A DNA stretch of 64,000 nt from the NCBI GenBank assembly GCA_038207085.1, contig JBBRAE010000005.1:91347-155346 (forward strand). The letters are read 5' to 3'. The DNA comes from Armatimonadota bacterium. Its GTDB lineage: Bacteria > Armatimonadota > UBA5829 > DTLH01. The translations under genes and the position numbers were made by a program. Every line of letters starts with the position of its first letter. Positions within the stretch are counted from its first letter, which is position 1. The notes beneath the pieces were generated by a model. The model made no database searches, was not told where the DNA came from, and saw only the letters and a program-made list of their open reading frames with translations. Positions 42,389 through 51,127 of this stretch are shown piece by piece.

Positions 42389-42645
42389 GAGCGTGTCTGA
42401 GAAGTGTAGTGGCCGGTCGCTGTGCCGGCCATCAACGCCTGCGAAATCCCGATTGTAGTGGACGGTCGCCGTGCCGGCCATCAGCGCCGTAGGCGCTGCC
42501 CTACGGCGCAATCTCTTATCAATGCTCAATGGGCACGAAATTCCACCGTTTTCCGGCTCCTTCGGAGCCGATGGCCGTCACGGCGGACGGCCACTACACT
42601 TTTCAGATGGCAGTCCGCCGTGACGGCCACTACACTTCTCAGACA
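42389..42645 (-). mobile_element. MITE family A, copy 2 (both REP ends duplicated, one TIR truncated)
   Basis: Core is the reverse complement of copy 1; extra hairpin units at both ends. Confidence 0.8.
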
Positions 42646-42840
42646 ATATGTTCCCCAAGAGTTATAAGAAGCCCCTCCCAAACAGCGCGCGACTTTGCGT
42701 GGAGCGGCGAGCCACTGCGGAACGATCATAGCCCGATTTTCGTCTCCAATTGTGGGATGATTGTGCTTCTGCCGAGGGTGCTTAGTGGGTAAGAGAGAAT
42801 TGGGCCAAGGGGCCGATACAAAATATTGGAAGGTGACGAG

Positions 42841-43917
42841 ATGATTACACGACACATGCGTATTCTCTACGTGCTCGTGTTAGGTAGCCTGTTAGGAGCG
42901 GGTGTAGCTCCCGTGCAGGCCAAGACGAGCGTCAAACAAGAAATTGAGATAGGTCAGAAGGTTGCAAAGGATGTTGAACAAAAGTTTCCGGTTACCGATA
43001 ACAAGGAATGGCTGGCGGAGATCGATCGCCTGGGCAAGATGCTGATCGTCAACGTCAAGCGCAAGGAGCTGCCATATTCGTTCAAGATCGTCAAGGAACA
43101 GGTCGGTGGCAAGAACGAGATCGACGCCTTCTCGCTTCCGGGTGGGCCGGTATACTTTTCCGAACGAATGTGGCGGATACTCTCGCGCGATGAGCGAATC
43201 GGGGTGCTCGCCCACGAAATCGCCCACGTCGACAAGCGCCACGCGATCGACACCATGAGCGAGATGCAGAAGCGGAGTATGATCGCAACGGCGCTTTTGA
43301 TCATCACCGGCGCGGGGGGCGGCTGGTGGGACGCGGCCGACGTCGGAAACTCGCTCTATACCCTGAAATACTCCAGACAACGCGAGCGCGAAGCGGATAT
43401 GATGGGGGTCGACCTGGTCGTCGCCGCCAAGCAGAACCCAGTCGGGCTCCTGACCTCGATGAAGAAGATCCAGAGGCTGGAGCAGGAGACCGGCGGAACC
43501 CGCACCAAGATGCTCTCCACCCACCCGCCGACCAAGGAGAGGGTCAACTACCTCACCCAGCGCATGATCGAGCTTGGCGCAAAGCCCGCGGACCTTGAGC
43601 CGAAGTTCGTCGACAGCCCGGGCCGCATCGGAAGTATCGTCGAGAAGGACCCCAAGAAGAAGACCGTCGCAGTGAACACAACCACCGCGCTCTCCGACGG
43701 GCAGTTGATAGCGATCAAAAAGCCGCTCTGGGATGACAAAGTAAACGCGATGGTACCAACGGCAATCGCCAAAGGCACAGTGAAACTCGCAGGCACGCAA
43801 GGTCAGGTGTCAGTCTTGATGGAGCCCGGTTTCGAGTTTGAAGACATCGAAGCGGGGGATGCTGTCTACACGACGCCGACTCCCGCGCCTCCTGTTGGCT
43901 CAGCGGCTGGGAATTAG
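42841..43917 (+). CDS. Exported M48-family zinc metalloprotease
   Basis: Signal peptide; AFSLPGG, LAHEIAHV, YSRQREREAD, STHPPT.ER. Confidence 0.9.
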   Translation: MITRHMRILYVLVLGSLLGAGVAPVQAKTSVKQEIEIGQKVAKDVEQKFPVTDNKEWLAEIDRLGKMLIVNVKRKELPYSFKIVKEQVGGKNEIDAFSLPGGPVYFSERMWRILSRDERIGVLAHEIAHVDKRHAIDTMSEMQKRSMIATALLIITGAGGGWWDAADVGNSLYTLKYSRQREREADMMGVDLVVAAKQNPVGLLTSMKKIQRLEQETGGTRTKMLSTHPPTKERVNYLTQRMIELGAKPADLEPKFVDSPGRIGSIVEKDPKKKTVAVNTTTALSDGQLIAIKKPLWDDKVNAMVPTAIAKGTVKLAGTQGQVSVLMEPGFEFEDIEAGDAVYTTPTPAPPVGSAAGN

Positions 43918-44166
43918 CTTCGGGGGATTGGCCTGTGTCGAGCGTTTGGGTGGAGCGCACGTTTCGAGAGCCTCAACGTGATATAGTTTGGATCGATCAA
44001 ATATGAGAGATTGGTGGTCGCTCACTCTTCGTGCTTCGAGAGTCTCTGCATGACGCTTCGCTGCTCAGGGTGGCGGTTGTGCAGGCTTAGGGTAGAGGCA
44101 CGATCTCTCATATATCCACCCAAGCCAATACCCCTCACCCTGAGGCTCTCGAAGGGTGCGCTCCAC
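43914..44166. repeat. Palindromic element family D, copy 1 (includes an inverted arm)
   Basis: GGTGGAGCGCACGTTTCGAGAGCCTCAACGTGA identical at about 53707; inverted arm at 44135-44166. Confidence 0.75.
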
Positions 44167-44197
44167 AAATCTATCAACGTGCAACATCAAATGGTAG

Positions 44198-44869
44198 CTA
44201 GCAAAGTCCCCCACCCCCCATATACGCCATCCCGCCCCGTACAATCGGGGTCCACGCCGGGAGGCGGATTTCGTCCTTGAACTGCGGACCGCCCAGGGTC
44301 ATTGTGTGAAACTCGCCGTTTTCGCCGCAGGGGTCGATTCCGTTGGTCTTGTTCAGCGCCTCAAGCTCCTCAAGCACCTCGGGGGTGATCTCGCGCCCCA
44401 GCCACTCCGGGCCAAGCCACGGCGACTTCACGCAGGAGAAGACGATCTTGAACCTGTTCTCGATAAGCTCTCTCAGAATCCCAGTGCGGCTTCTGTCCCA
44501 AAGCGGGAGGACCACCTCTACCCCGGTGCCTGCGGCGCACTCGCTGGGCCAGTTGGGGAAGCCATCTACCAGGTCTATGTCGCCGGTCACGAGCCTGCGC
44601 ACCCCATACTCGTCCCGGAGCCGCTCGATCCCCGCGATGTAGGACTCACGGTAAGGCTCGGAGGTCTCGATGATAACGTGCGGCACGCCCAAGGCTTCGG
44701 CCTGGAGTTTCATAATCGGGATTGGGTGGGCGAGAAACTTGGCGTCTGGTGGGGCGAAGGTGACAAGGTATGAGACGCGCATCCCCGATGCTACGGCCAG
44801 GTGATGGGCGAGCGAACAGTCCTTGCCCCCCGACCACAGGATCGCGGTGTCAGCTGCGGAGTCGTGCAT
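44198..44869 (-). CDS. Diphthine--ammonia ligase (Dph6)-like PP-loop ATPase
   Basis: WSGGKDC, GDID, PLW, DPCGENGEFHT. Confidence 0.88.
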   Translation of the reverse strand: MHDSAADTAILWSGGKDCSLAHHLAVASGMRVSYLVTFAPPDAKFLAHPIPIMKLQAEALGVPHVIIETSEPYRESYIAGIERLRDEYGVRRLVTGDIDLVDGFPNWPSECAAGTGVEVVLPLWDRSRTGILRELIENRFKIVFSCVKSPWLGPEWLGREITPEVLEELEALNKTNGIDPCGENGEFHTMTLGGPQFKDEIRLPAWTPIVRGGMAYMGGGGLC

Positions 44870-44967
44870 GGGCGAGTGTTCCTTTCGGAGGACAGACACC
44901 CTGGCCTGTCCCTACAATACTGATAGACGGGTTGGCGCCCGTCTACGGGGTATTATAGCACCCCTGC

Positions 44968-45378
44968 CTATGCAGCGAGGGGCAATTCGTCGAATGTGCT
45001 CTTTTTTGGGACGAAACGGGAGGAGTAATACTCGGCTGGACGCCTCGGGCTATTGACCTCTTCAGGAGTGCGGACGACGATTTCCGGGCCAAGGTTCGCC
45101 TGCTGAAGTATCGCCGCAGTCGAGTCCCCGGCCACAAGCGCCAGACGCATGTCGCATGACGCGATGCGGATCGATCTGATCAGGCTTGAAATGCTCTCGA
45201 TGCCGGAGAACCTCGCCTCTGAGATGTCGATAGAGATCGCCTCAGCCTCCTGCTCAATGAAGCTTTCGACCACGTCCTCCAGCGTCTGCGCGTGCCACGA
45301 ATCTACATAGCCTTCAACAATCACGTGCGGGAGACCTTGCTGCGGGGTTACGGTGATCGATAGTTCTCTTTTCTTCAT
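44968..45378 (-). CDS. Atypical STAS-like (anti-anti-sigma) protein ending in LAA
   Basis: V.VEGYVD, ISIDISEARF; the canonical DSS/T phosphosite is not evident. Confidence 0.6.
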   Translation of the reverse strand: MKKRELSITVTPQQGLPHVIVEGYVDSWHAQTLEDVVESFIEQEAEAISIDISEARFSGIESISSLIRSIRIASCDMRLALVAGDSTAAILQQANLGPEIVVRTPEEVNSPRRPAEYYSSRFVPKKSTFDELPLAA

Positions 45379-45511
45379 TGGAATCGTTTGTCCTCTCTGT
45401 TTTGACCAGGGTATTTTTTTCTTTCTGTTACATTATCGGACGATTTGGGGCGGGACTGGAGAACGGGCCGCAGTGGGAGATTACTCCCCCCACGGCGGCT
45501 GGTCTTGTATG

Positions 45512-45901
45512 TTACTTAGGTGGAGATGGGACGGTCGTAGGAGTAAATGTCGGGAACAGCGCCACGCCTGTGTTTGAGCGCAGGGCGATGGTGTGCTCGC
45601 TTTCCTCCACGGTTGTCGCTACGATGGTTAGGTTTCCACCGATGTTGACCTTGCTCCCATGGACGTACAGTGTGTCACCAGGCTGCACGCTCGGGACGTT
45701 GTCCTCCGGGGAGTTCATCATGGACTCCGGGGCGGTGGAAGGGTTGCCTGGATCGTAGGTTACGGTTGTCAGCACAGTGCCGGAAAGAGTTACGACGGAA
45801 CTAGTGTCGTATCTGAGGTCGAAGGTCGACTGGGCAAACACCGCAACCGAGAAAAGCATCAAGGCAACCGATGCAACTGTAGCAACAGTTTTCTTGTTCA
45901 C
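45512..45901 (-). CDS. Small secreted protein, possible OB-fold
   Basis: Signal peptide (..AVFA); GDTLYVHGSKV...LR..TG..LF pattern. Confidence 0.55.
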   Translation of the reverse strand: MNKKTVATVASVALMLFSVAVFAQSTFDLRYDTSSVVTLSGTVLTTVTYDPGNPSTAPESMMNSPEDNVPSVQPGDTLYVHGSKVNIGGNLTIVATTVEESEHTIALRSNTGVALFPTFTPTTVPSPPK

Positions 45902-45972
45902 AGCCTTTTGCCCCTTTCGCGAGACTATTGCCGGCGATGTGTCAAGACTGGCAGCGACAAACGGCCTTTATG

Positions 45973-46088
45973 TGGAGTGCGGCGGGCAATCGCCGCTTTG
46001 TTCTCTCGCCGACAGCAAGGCGCGCAAGCGCCACATTATCGCCATGCGGGAGATTCGTGAAAGCGGCTCTCGCAAGCCGCACTCCAAA
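45973..46088. repeat. REP doublet family F (TGGAGTGCGGC...GCCGCACTCCA)
   Basis: Two inverted hairpin units bounding about 115 bp. Confidence 0.6.
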
Positions 46089-46135
46089 TATAGCGAAGCT
46101 TCGGGCTTTGACATGCGCTCCCAATCGCTCTGAGC

Positions 46136-46445
46136 CTATCCGTCGTCTATGTCGGCGACCCGCTCGAAACGTGGGTCGCGGGCGGCGACGGCCATTATCT
46201 TCTGGTCCTCGCCGTTGTAGTCGAGCATGTTCAGCACGCCGATGGGGATCGCCGTCTTCTGCGAGAGTATTGTGGACGAAGCCATAGTCGGTGGGGTAGT
46301 GGACAGAGGCGTAGAGCACGCGGTCGAGCCGGATCAGCCCGCGCGTTTCATCGTATTCATATTTATTGCGCGAGCCGCGGGGGATCTCGATCACAGCTAC
46401 GATCGGTTCCCCCCGCGGCGTCTGCGAACTAGCGCCATCCGGCAT
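46136..46445 (-). pseudogene. ppa: Inorganic pyrophosphatase, internally deleted, frameshifted and 3'-truncated
   Basis: [14 protein letters not shown]...LDRVLY...YPTDYGF...EDGDP joins out of frame to IGVLNMLD...EDQKIMAV...DPRF and stops at 46136. Confidence 0.88.
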
Positions 46446-46619
46446 CCTGGGCTCACCCCCGCGCAGGTTTGGTATACTACGCGGCCAGCTTACCCACTCT
46501 GCCCTAAGCGCAACACCGCTGTGCTGCGGCCAGCTGCATGGAATCTCCCGTATCCGGTCCGGCTCCGCGGAGGCATCCCCCCAAGGGACCCGGGCCCTCT
46601 CCGGATGTGGTTGGAGACC

Positions 46620-47054
46620 CTATGCAGCCAGCTGCACGTCGTAGGCGCTCATTTGCGCCATTTTCGACTTTAGCGCGGTGCAAGCTTGCCAGGCAAGAGT
46701 ATAAGACGGGTCAAGGCGAAGCGCTCTGCAGTACTCGTGGTACGCTTCCTGCGGCACGTCGGCGACTTCATAGGCCTGACCGAGGTTGTAGTGCATCCGT
46801 GCTTCCATCGGTCTAAGCTCAGTCGCGCGCTTGAACGCGCCGATCGCGGCGTTGTACCGCTCCACTGCAGTGTACGCGGCTCCGAGGTGGATAAATGCCT
46901 GATCGTCCGTTGGGTCGGCCATGCTCGCCTCCTCAAACTCCGTAACCGCCGTCTGATAATCCTGTCTGCTGAAAGCCTCTATACCTCTTTCGAGGAAAAC
47001 TTTGCTTTCGTCCATAGTCCCGGTTCCCTCCCAAGTAAATGGCGTTTTCGCCAT
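46620..47054 (-). CDS. TPR-repeat protein ending in YDVQLAA
   Basis: Three TPR-like units (AFIHLGAAY, MHYNLGQAYE...A...P). Confidence 0.85.
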   Translation of the reverse strand: MAKTPFTWEGTGTMDESKVFLERGIEAFSRQDYQTAVTEFEEASMADPTDDQAFIHLGAAYTAVERYNAAIGAFKRATELRPMEARMHYNLGQAYEVADVPQEAYHEYCRALRLDPSYTLAWQACTALKSKMAQMSAYDVQLAA

Positions 47055-47136
47055 CTACACTATCGTCCCACAATAATGTTTCGGAAGATGCAGGGGTGGC
47101 TTTAACCGAGAAGATTACCAGATTGTCATAATGAGG

Positions 47137-48165
47137 CTAGTCGTCTTCAAAGGGGTCATACTCGCTGAAGAGCGATTCAAGGGAGACCGGAGCAGCTTCT
47201 GCGGGGTTGAGCTGCTGGGGGAGGCCGCGGAAGAGTGGTCTGTCAAAGACCCAGTGGCGCTCGGTCCAGTGACCAGCGTCTTCTTCGGGCTTCGGCTTGA
47301 CTGCGCCGGTGAAGGTGTTGATTTTCGCGTCGAGGTCGTCCACAAAGTGCAGGATTACCCCTTCAAGCGACTTAGGCCGCTTGGGAGAGCCGTATTCTTT
47401 TTGCCCGTGGTGTGAGACTATCAGGTGCTCTATAACGAGCTTCAGCAGCGGGTCAAATCCGGGGATATTCTCGATCGCCCGATCGAGCATCATCGTCCCT
47501 GAAACAATATGGCCGAGAAAGTGCCCGCTGTCGGTATATTTGATAGATGCGTTCCAGCTGAACTCATCTGTCTTGCCGATGTCGTGGAGCAGCGCGCCGG
47601 TCACGAGCAGGTCGCGCTCAACTCCCGGGTACTGCGCGCAGATCGCCTCGCACATCTTTGCCACGGTAAGCGAGTGCTCAAGCAGCCCGCCGATGTAGGC
47701 GTGGTGGATCTTCATCGCGGCAGGCGCGTTTGAGAACTTCGTGAGAAAATCTTTGTCTTTAAAGATCGATTCAAGCAGCGCCCGAAGCTGCGGGTGTTGT
47801 GTGGCATCGATCAGCAGGCGCATCTCAGCGAGCATCTCGTCCACGTCGCGGGCGCACCTTGGGAGAAAATCGGCGGCGTCAACTTTCACACTTGAGGCCC
47901 GGAAGCTGTCTATATCGATCTGCAGCTTGCCGTTGTAGCCCCGGACCGCGCCTCTGACCTGGATGAAATCGTCGCGTTTGAGCTTGCCGTAGAGGTCGTC
48001 GCTTGCGTCCCACTTGAAGGCGTCGATCGCCCCCGTGCGGTCGGAGAGCTGCAGGCGGATGTACATCGACCCGTTGCGCGCCTCCGCAAGTGACTTGCTC
48101 GTCACCAGGAACACGTCGTCGATGCGCGCTCCTTCACAGAGTTCCGAGATATAACAGTTCTTCAT
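47137..48165 (-). CDS. YhaM/CBF1-like 3'-5' exoribonuclease (OB + HD)
   Basis: L.DRTG.I, PAAMKIHHAY.GGLLEH, LLHDIGK, HHG..EYGSP, DDLDAK. Confidence 0.92.
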   Translation of the reverse strand: MKNCYISELCEGARIDDVFLVTSKSLAEARNGSMYIRLQLSDRTGAIDAFKWDASDDLYGKLKRDDFIQVRGAVRGYNGKLQIDIDSFRASSVKVDAADFLPRCARDVDEMLAEMRLLIDATQHPQLRALLESIFKDKDFLTKFSNAPAAMKIHHAYIGGLLEHSLTVAKMCEAICAQYPGVERDLLVTGALLHDIGKTDEFSWNASIKYTDSGHFLGHIVSGTMMLDRAIENIPGFDPLLKLVIEHLIVSHHGQKEYGSPKRPKSLEGVILHFVDDLDAKINTFTGAVKPKPEEDAGHWTERHWVFDRPLFRGLPQQLNPAEAAPVSLESLFSEYDPFEDD

Positions 48166-48282
48166 GCGGCCTTTATTCTCCACGGGCATGATAGCCTGAC
48201 GGAGGGGTAGTGTCAAGAGAAAGTGCAGAGTTGGGGGCGAAGGTCAGCCGCCGGACCTTGTCTGACGGCTGACTTTGGGGGA

Positions 48283-49023
48283 TCAGTGAGAAAATCTACG
48301 TGCGCCTGCGTATTTTGAGGAGTAGTAGGAGTCGCTGAGGTTGCTTGTGATCACTCCCCGGCGGGGGTTGGCGGCGTGGATGAACCTGCCGTTGCCGATA
48401 TACATCCCCACGTGCGTGATAGGCCCGCGTGGGGTGTTGAAGAACACCAGGTCGCCGTTCGAGAGCTCATCGCGACTGACTCTCGACCCCATCCCAAACT
48501 GTATCTTGGCCGAATGGGGGAGCTTTATGCCCTTTTTGGCATACAGATACTGTGTGAATCCTGAGCAGTCGAAGACCCCTCGCCGCCCGTCGCCTCCCCA
48601 GACATAGGGAGCGCCCCTGTAGGCGAGGGCGTCCTGGGCGATGCGGACGGCGCGTCCGAGCTGGGCTGGGGTGAGAACCTTGGGTGAATCGTCTGCTGAT
48701 TTCGTGACTCTTTTAATTGCCCGTTTGGGCCTCTTGCTCATCTTGACTCCGGGGTCGCCGAGCTTGACGCTGATCTCCGGGGCGTCGTCTTTGTCGTCGG
48801 ATGTCGCCGGTGCGGCGATGGCGGGGTCGGCGGGCTGGCTTTCAGTGTCCGAGAAGAGGTCAGAGTCGGGTGAGCCGGGGTCGACCGCTTCGGGCGCGGT
48901 CATTCGGGCCTCTGTCGGCTGGTCGGCTGGTCGGTCCTTGGCATGTCGGGCTACAGCCGGAAGGGCAGCCAGGCATAGCACGATGGGCGTCACGGCGATC
49001 AGTCTATGTAACATACAATGCAT
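48283..49023 (-). CDS. Secreted NlpC/P60 (C40) cell-wall peptidase
   Basis: Signal peptide; GAPYVWGG, FDCSG, GDLVFF, HVGMYIG, FIHA. Confidence 0.93.
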   Translation of the reverse strand: MHCMLHRLIAVTPIVLCLAALPAVARHAKDRPADQPTEARMTAPEAVDPGSPDSDLFSDTESQPADPAIAAPATSDDKDDAPEISVKLGDPGVKMSKRPKRAIKRVTKSADDSPKVLTPAQLGRAVRIAQDALAYRGAPYVWGGDGRRGVFDCSGFTQYLYAKKGIKLPHSAKIQFGMGSRVSRDELSNGDLVFFNTPRGPITHVGMYIGNGRFIHAANPRRGVITSNLSDSYYSSKYAGARRFSH

Positions 49024-49117
49024 CCTTGCTTGATAATCAGTCGGGATCGCACAAGGTGGGGGAGGGCGCAGATGTGTCGAGGGGCAGACGCGTATGCGCC
49101 TGACCGTTCAGTTTCTC

Positions 49118-49252
49118 TTCACTCCGCGCCTACGGGGTTAGCTGACGGACTCGGACCGGAAGAGTGGTCCTTCCCGAATCATTCGGGATTCGCCCCAACT
49201 AACAAGCTTGGGTCCCCCGTTTGCTCCAGACGGAGCAACTCGGCGATCTGTT
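49118..49252 (-). ncRNA. c-di-AMP (ydaO/yuaA) riboswitch
   Basis: Minus strand: ATCGCCGA...GGGGGACCCA...TGGGGCGAATC...CCGAGTCCGTCAGCTAACCCCGTAGGC, directly upstream of an NlpC/P60 gene, a typical context. Confidence 0.9.
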
Positions 49253-49449
49253 ATTAAAGTATATTGCTGGGTCAATAGTAACAGGCTCGACGGGTATTGT
49301 CAAGCTGTGTTACACGTTATAGGTAGTATTCGTTCACAAAGCAAGCAGGCTGGGCATATTATGGCCGCGCCGCAGTGATTCAATTATTTTGTCGCAGATG
49401 GGCTTGCTTGTGATCCATTGTTTGGGCCTGTTTTTTGCAGATTTTCTAA

Positions 49450-49520
49450 AAGCGTGTCTGAAAAGTGTAGTGGCCGGTCGCCGTGCCGGCCACTACAATC
49501 GGGATTTCTCAGACACGCTC
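49450..49520 (+). mobile_element. MITE family A, minimal 71-bp copy with TAA target duplication
   Basis: TAA-AAGCGTGTCTGAAAA...TTCTCAGACACGCTC-TAA around one GTAG...CTAC hairpin. Confidence 0.85.
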
Positions 49521-49641
49521 TAAGAGGTAGAAGATGAGGTGCCTGTAAACAAGGTCGCCTTTGGTGTCTGCGCCATCCCACTTGCCGGGCTTGCCGCCGT
49601 CGTCCTTCGTAACGGCGATGGTTTTGCGATTGAACACGTGT

Positions 49642-50364
49642 TTACCCCCTCAGGTCGATAAGTTCTGCCTTTGTATTCTCTCCCGGCGCGATTTCCACCT
49701 TCCCCACGTAATGCGCAAACCACCCCGCCTGCACAATCGCCGTCGCCCCGACCATTTCAGCCGATTCAAGCACCGCATGCGTGTGGCCGCCGATTATCAG
49801 GTCGATGCCGGGGACGGTTTCGGCGAGCTTGCGATCAAGCGCAAGGCCGATGTGGTTCAGTGAGACGAGCAGATCGCAGTCGCGACGAAGTTCCGGCACC
49901 AGTCGAGCGGCGACTTCGAGGGGATCGTCAAAGACGTAGGCGGAGATATTCTTTACAGCCATGCGCTCGGTGATCATCGGGACAGTGAGTCCGAGGATCG
50001 TCACCCGCAGGCCGTTTCGCTCAAAGGTGATGTGCGGCAGGACAGGCAGGTCCGCGCCGTTTCGCGCTCGGATGTTTGCCGAGAGCACGGGGAAGTTCGC
50101 CCAGCCGATCTTTTGTCTGAGGCCCGTCGCAAGGAAGTGGAACTCGCGGTTCCCCATGCACATCGCGTCATAGCCCGCATGGTTCATCATTCGAAGCACC
50201 GGCTCGCCGCCGGGACGGAAGAAGACATTCCCGGCCCAGATCGCGTCGCCGCAGTCGAGCAGCAAGCTCCCCGGCGTGCCAGTTTTGAGATCCCGAAGGC
50301 GCTCGGCCTGGGGCTCGGTAAGCTTGTTATGAAAATCGTTGGTGTGGAAGATTGTGATTGGCAT
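49642..50364 (-). CDS. Metallophosphoesterase (N-terminal domain of 5'-nucleotidase family)
   Basis: HTNDFH, DCGD, GNREF, LNHIG, IIGGHTH; start ATG 50364 (the longer ORF reads through a repeat). Confidence 0.88.
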   Translation of the reverse strand: MPITIFHTNDFHNKLTEPQAERLRDLKTGTPGSLLLDCGDAIWAGNVFFRPGGEPVLRMMNHAGYDAMCMGNREFHFLATGLRQKIGWANFPVLSANIRARNGADLPVLPHITFERNGLRVTILGLTVPMITERMAVKNISAYVFDDPLEVAARLVPELRRDCDLLVSLNHIGLALDRKLAETVPGIDLIIGGHTHAVLESAEMVGATAIVQAGWFAHYVGKVEIAPGENTKAELIDLRG

Positions 50365-50396
50365 CTTTATTATTGGGGCTAGGGGATGGGGGCAGA

Positions 50397-50536
50397 GTAC
50401 GTTCGTCCGGATTTGCAATCCGAGACGCATGGGCCGGATAGGCATCTGTGATGCCGGTTGATTGGACACAGCCGAATGATCGGGATCACAGATCCCTCTC
50501 TTGCCTTTGGGCCCCGGATTGCAAATCCGGGCCAAC
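50397..50536 (-). repeat. Palindromic element family C, copy 2
   Basis: Reverse-complement match to 11307-11442; flanked on both sides by CCCCTA-type short repeats. Confidence 0.8.
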
Positions 50537-50568
50537 GTGCTCCAACCCCTAGCCCCTAACCCCTATCA

Positions 50569-51126
50569 TCAAGTAACCTGTCCCGGCGCTTCGCCTCGTT
50601 CCTGTTCGGACTTCAGGCGGGCGAGGAAGACCTGCACACCTTCTTCCCACTTGCCCTGGGTTCTTAAAATCTTTTCGATGACCTCGCGCACAGCGCCCCG
50701 GCCGCCGGGTTTGTCGGTGATGAAGTCGACCGCGTCTTTCACGTCGTCGCTTGCGTTTGGGACGGTAAAGCTGACGCCTGCGAGCTCTATTGCCGGAATG
50801 TCGTTTAGGTCGTCGCCGATGTAGGCGATCTCTTCAAACGATAGACCACGTTTTTCCGCGATACTTCTTAGGGCGACCGATTTCAGCCGCGCCCCCTGAT
50901 GCAGTTCGGTCACTCCAAGCACCCGTGCGCGGTCTGCGACGGCCTGGGAGACGTTGCCGGTGATCCAGGCGACCTCAAGGCCGATTGAGATGGCGAGGTT
51001 GATCCCGAGCCCGTCGAGCACATTGAAAAGCTTGATGTCACCGATCGGCCCAAGCACCATCGAGCCGTCGGTTAGTACGCCGTCGACGTCCATTGCGAGG
51101 AGTTTGATCTTTGCGAGCCGCTCCAT
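50569..51126 (-). CDS. kdsC: KDO-8-phosphate phosphatase (HAD)
   Basis: DVDGVLTDG, FNVLDG.GI, YIGDDLND, GGRGAVREV. Confidence 0.92.
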   Translation of the reverse strand: MERLAKIKLLAMDVDGVLTDGSMVLGPIGDIKLFNVLDGLGINLAISIGLEVAWITGNVSQAVADRARVLGVTELHQGARLKSVALRSIAEKRGLSFEEIAYIGDDLNDIPAIELAGVSFTVPNASDDVKDAVDFITDKPGGRGAVREVIEKILRTQGKWEEGVQVFLARLKSEQERGEAPGQVT

Positions 51127-51127
51127 A

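Noticed and set aside
50365-50535. N-terminal extensions proposed by the ORF track (also 53767-53901 for cmk, 30535-30771 for the YIP1-like gene)
   Set aside because: They translate repeat elements or overlap the upstream gene; better starts exist.
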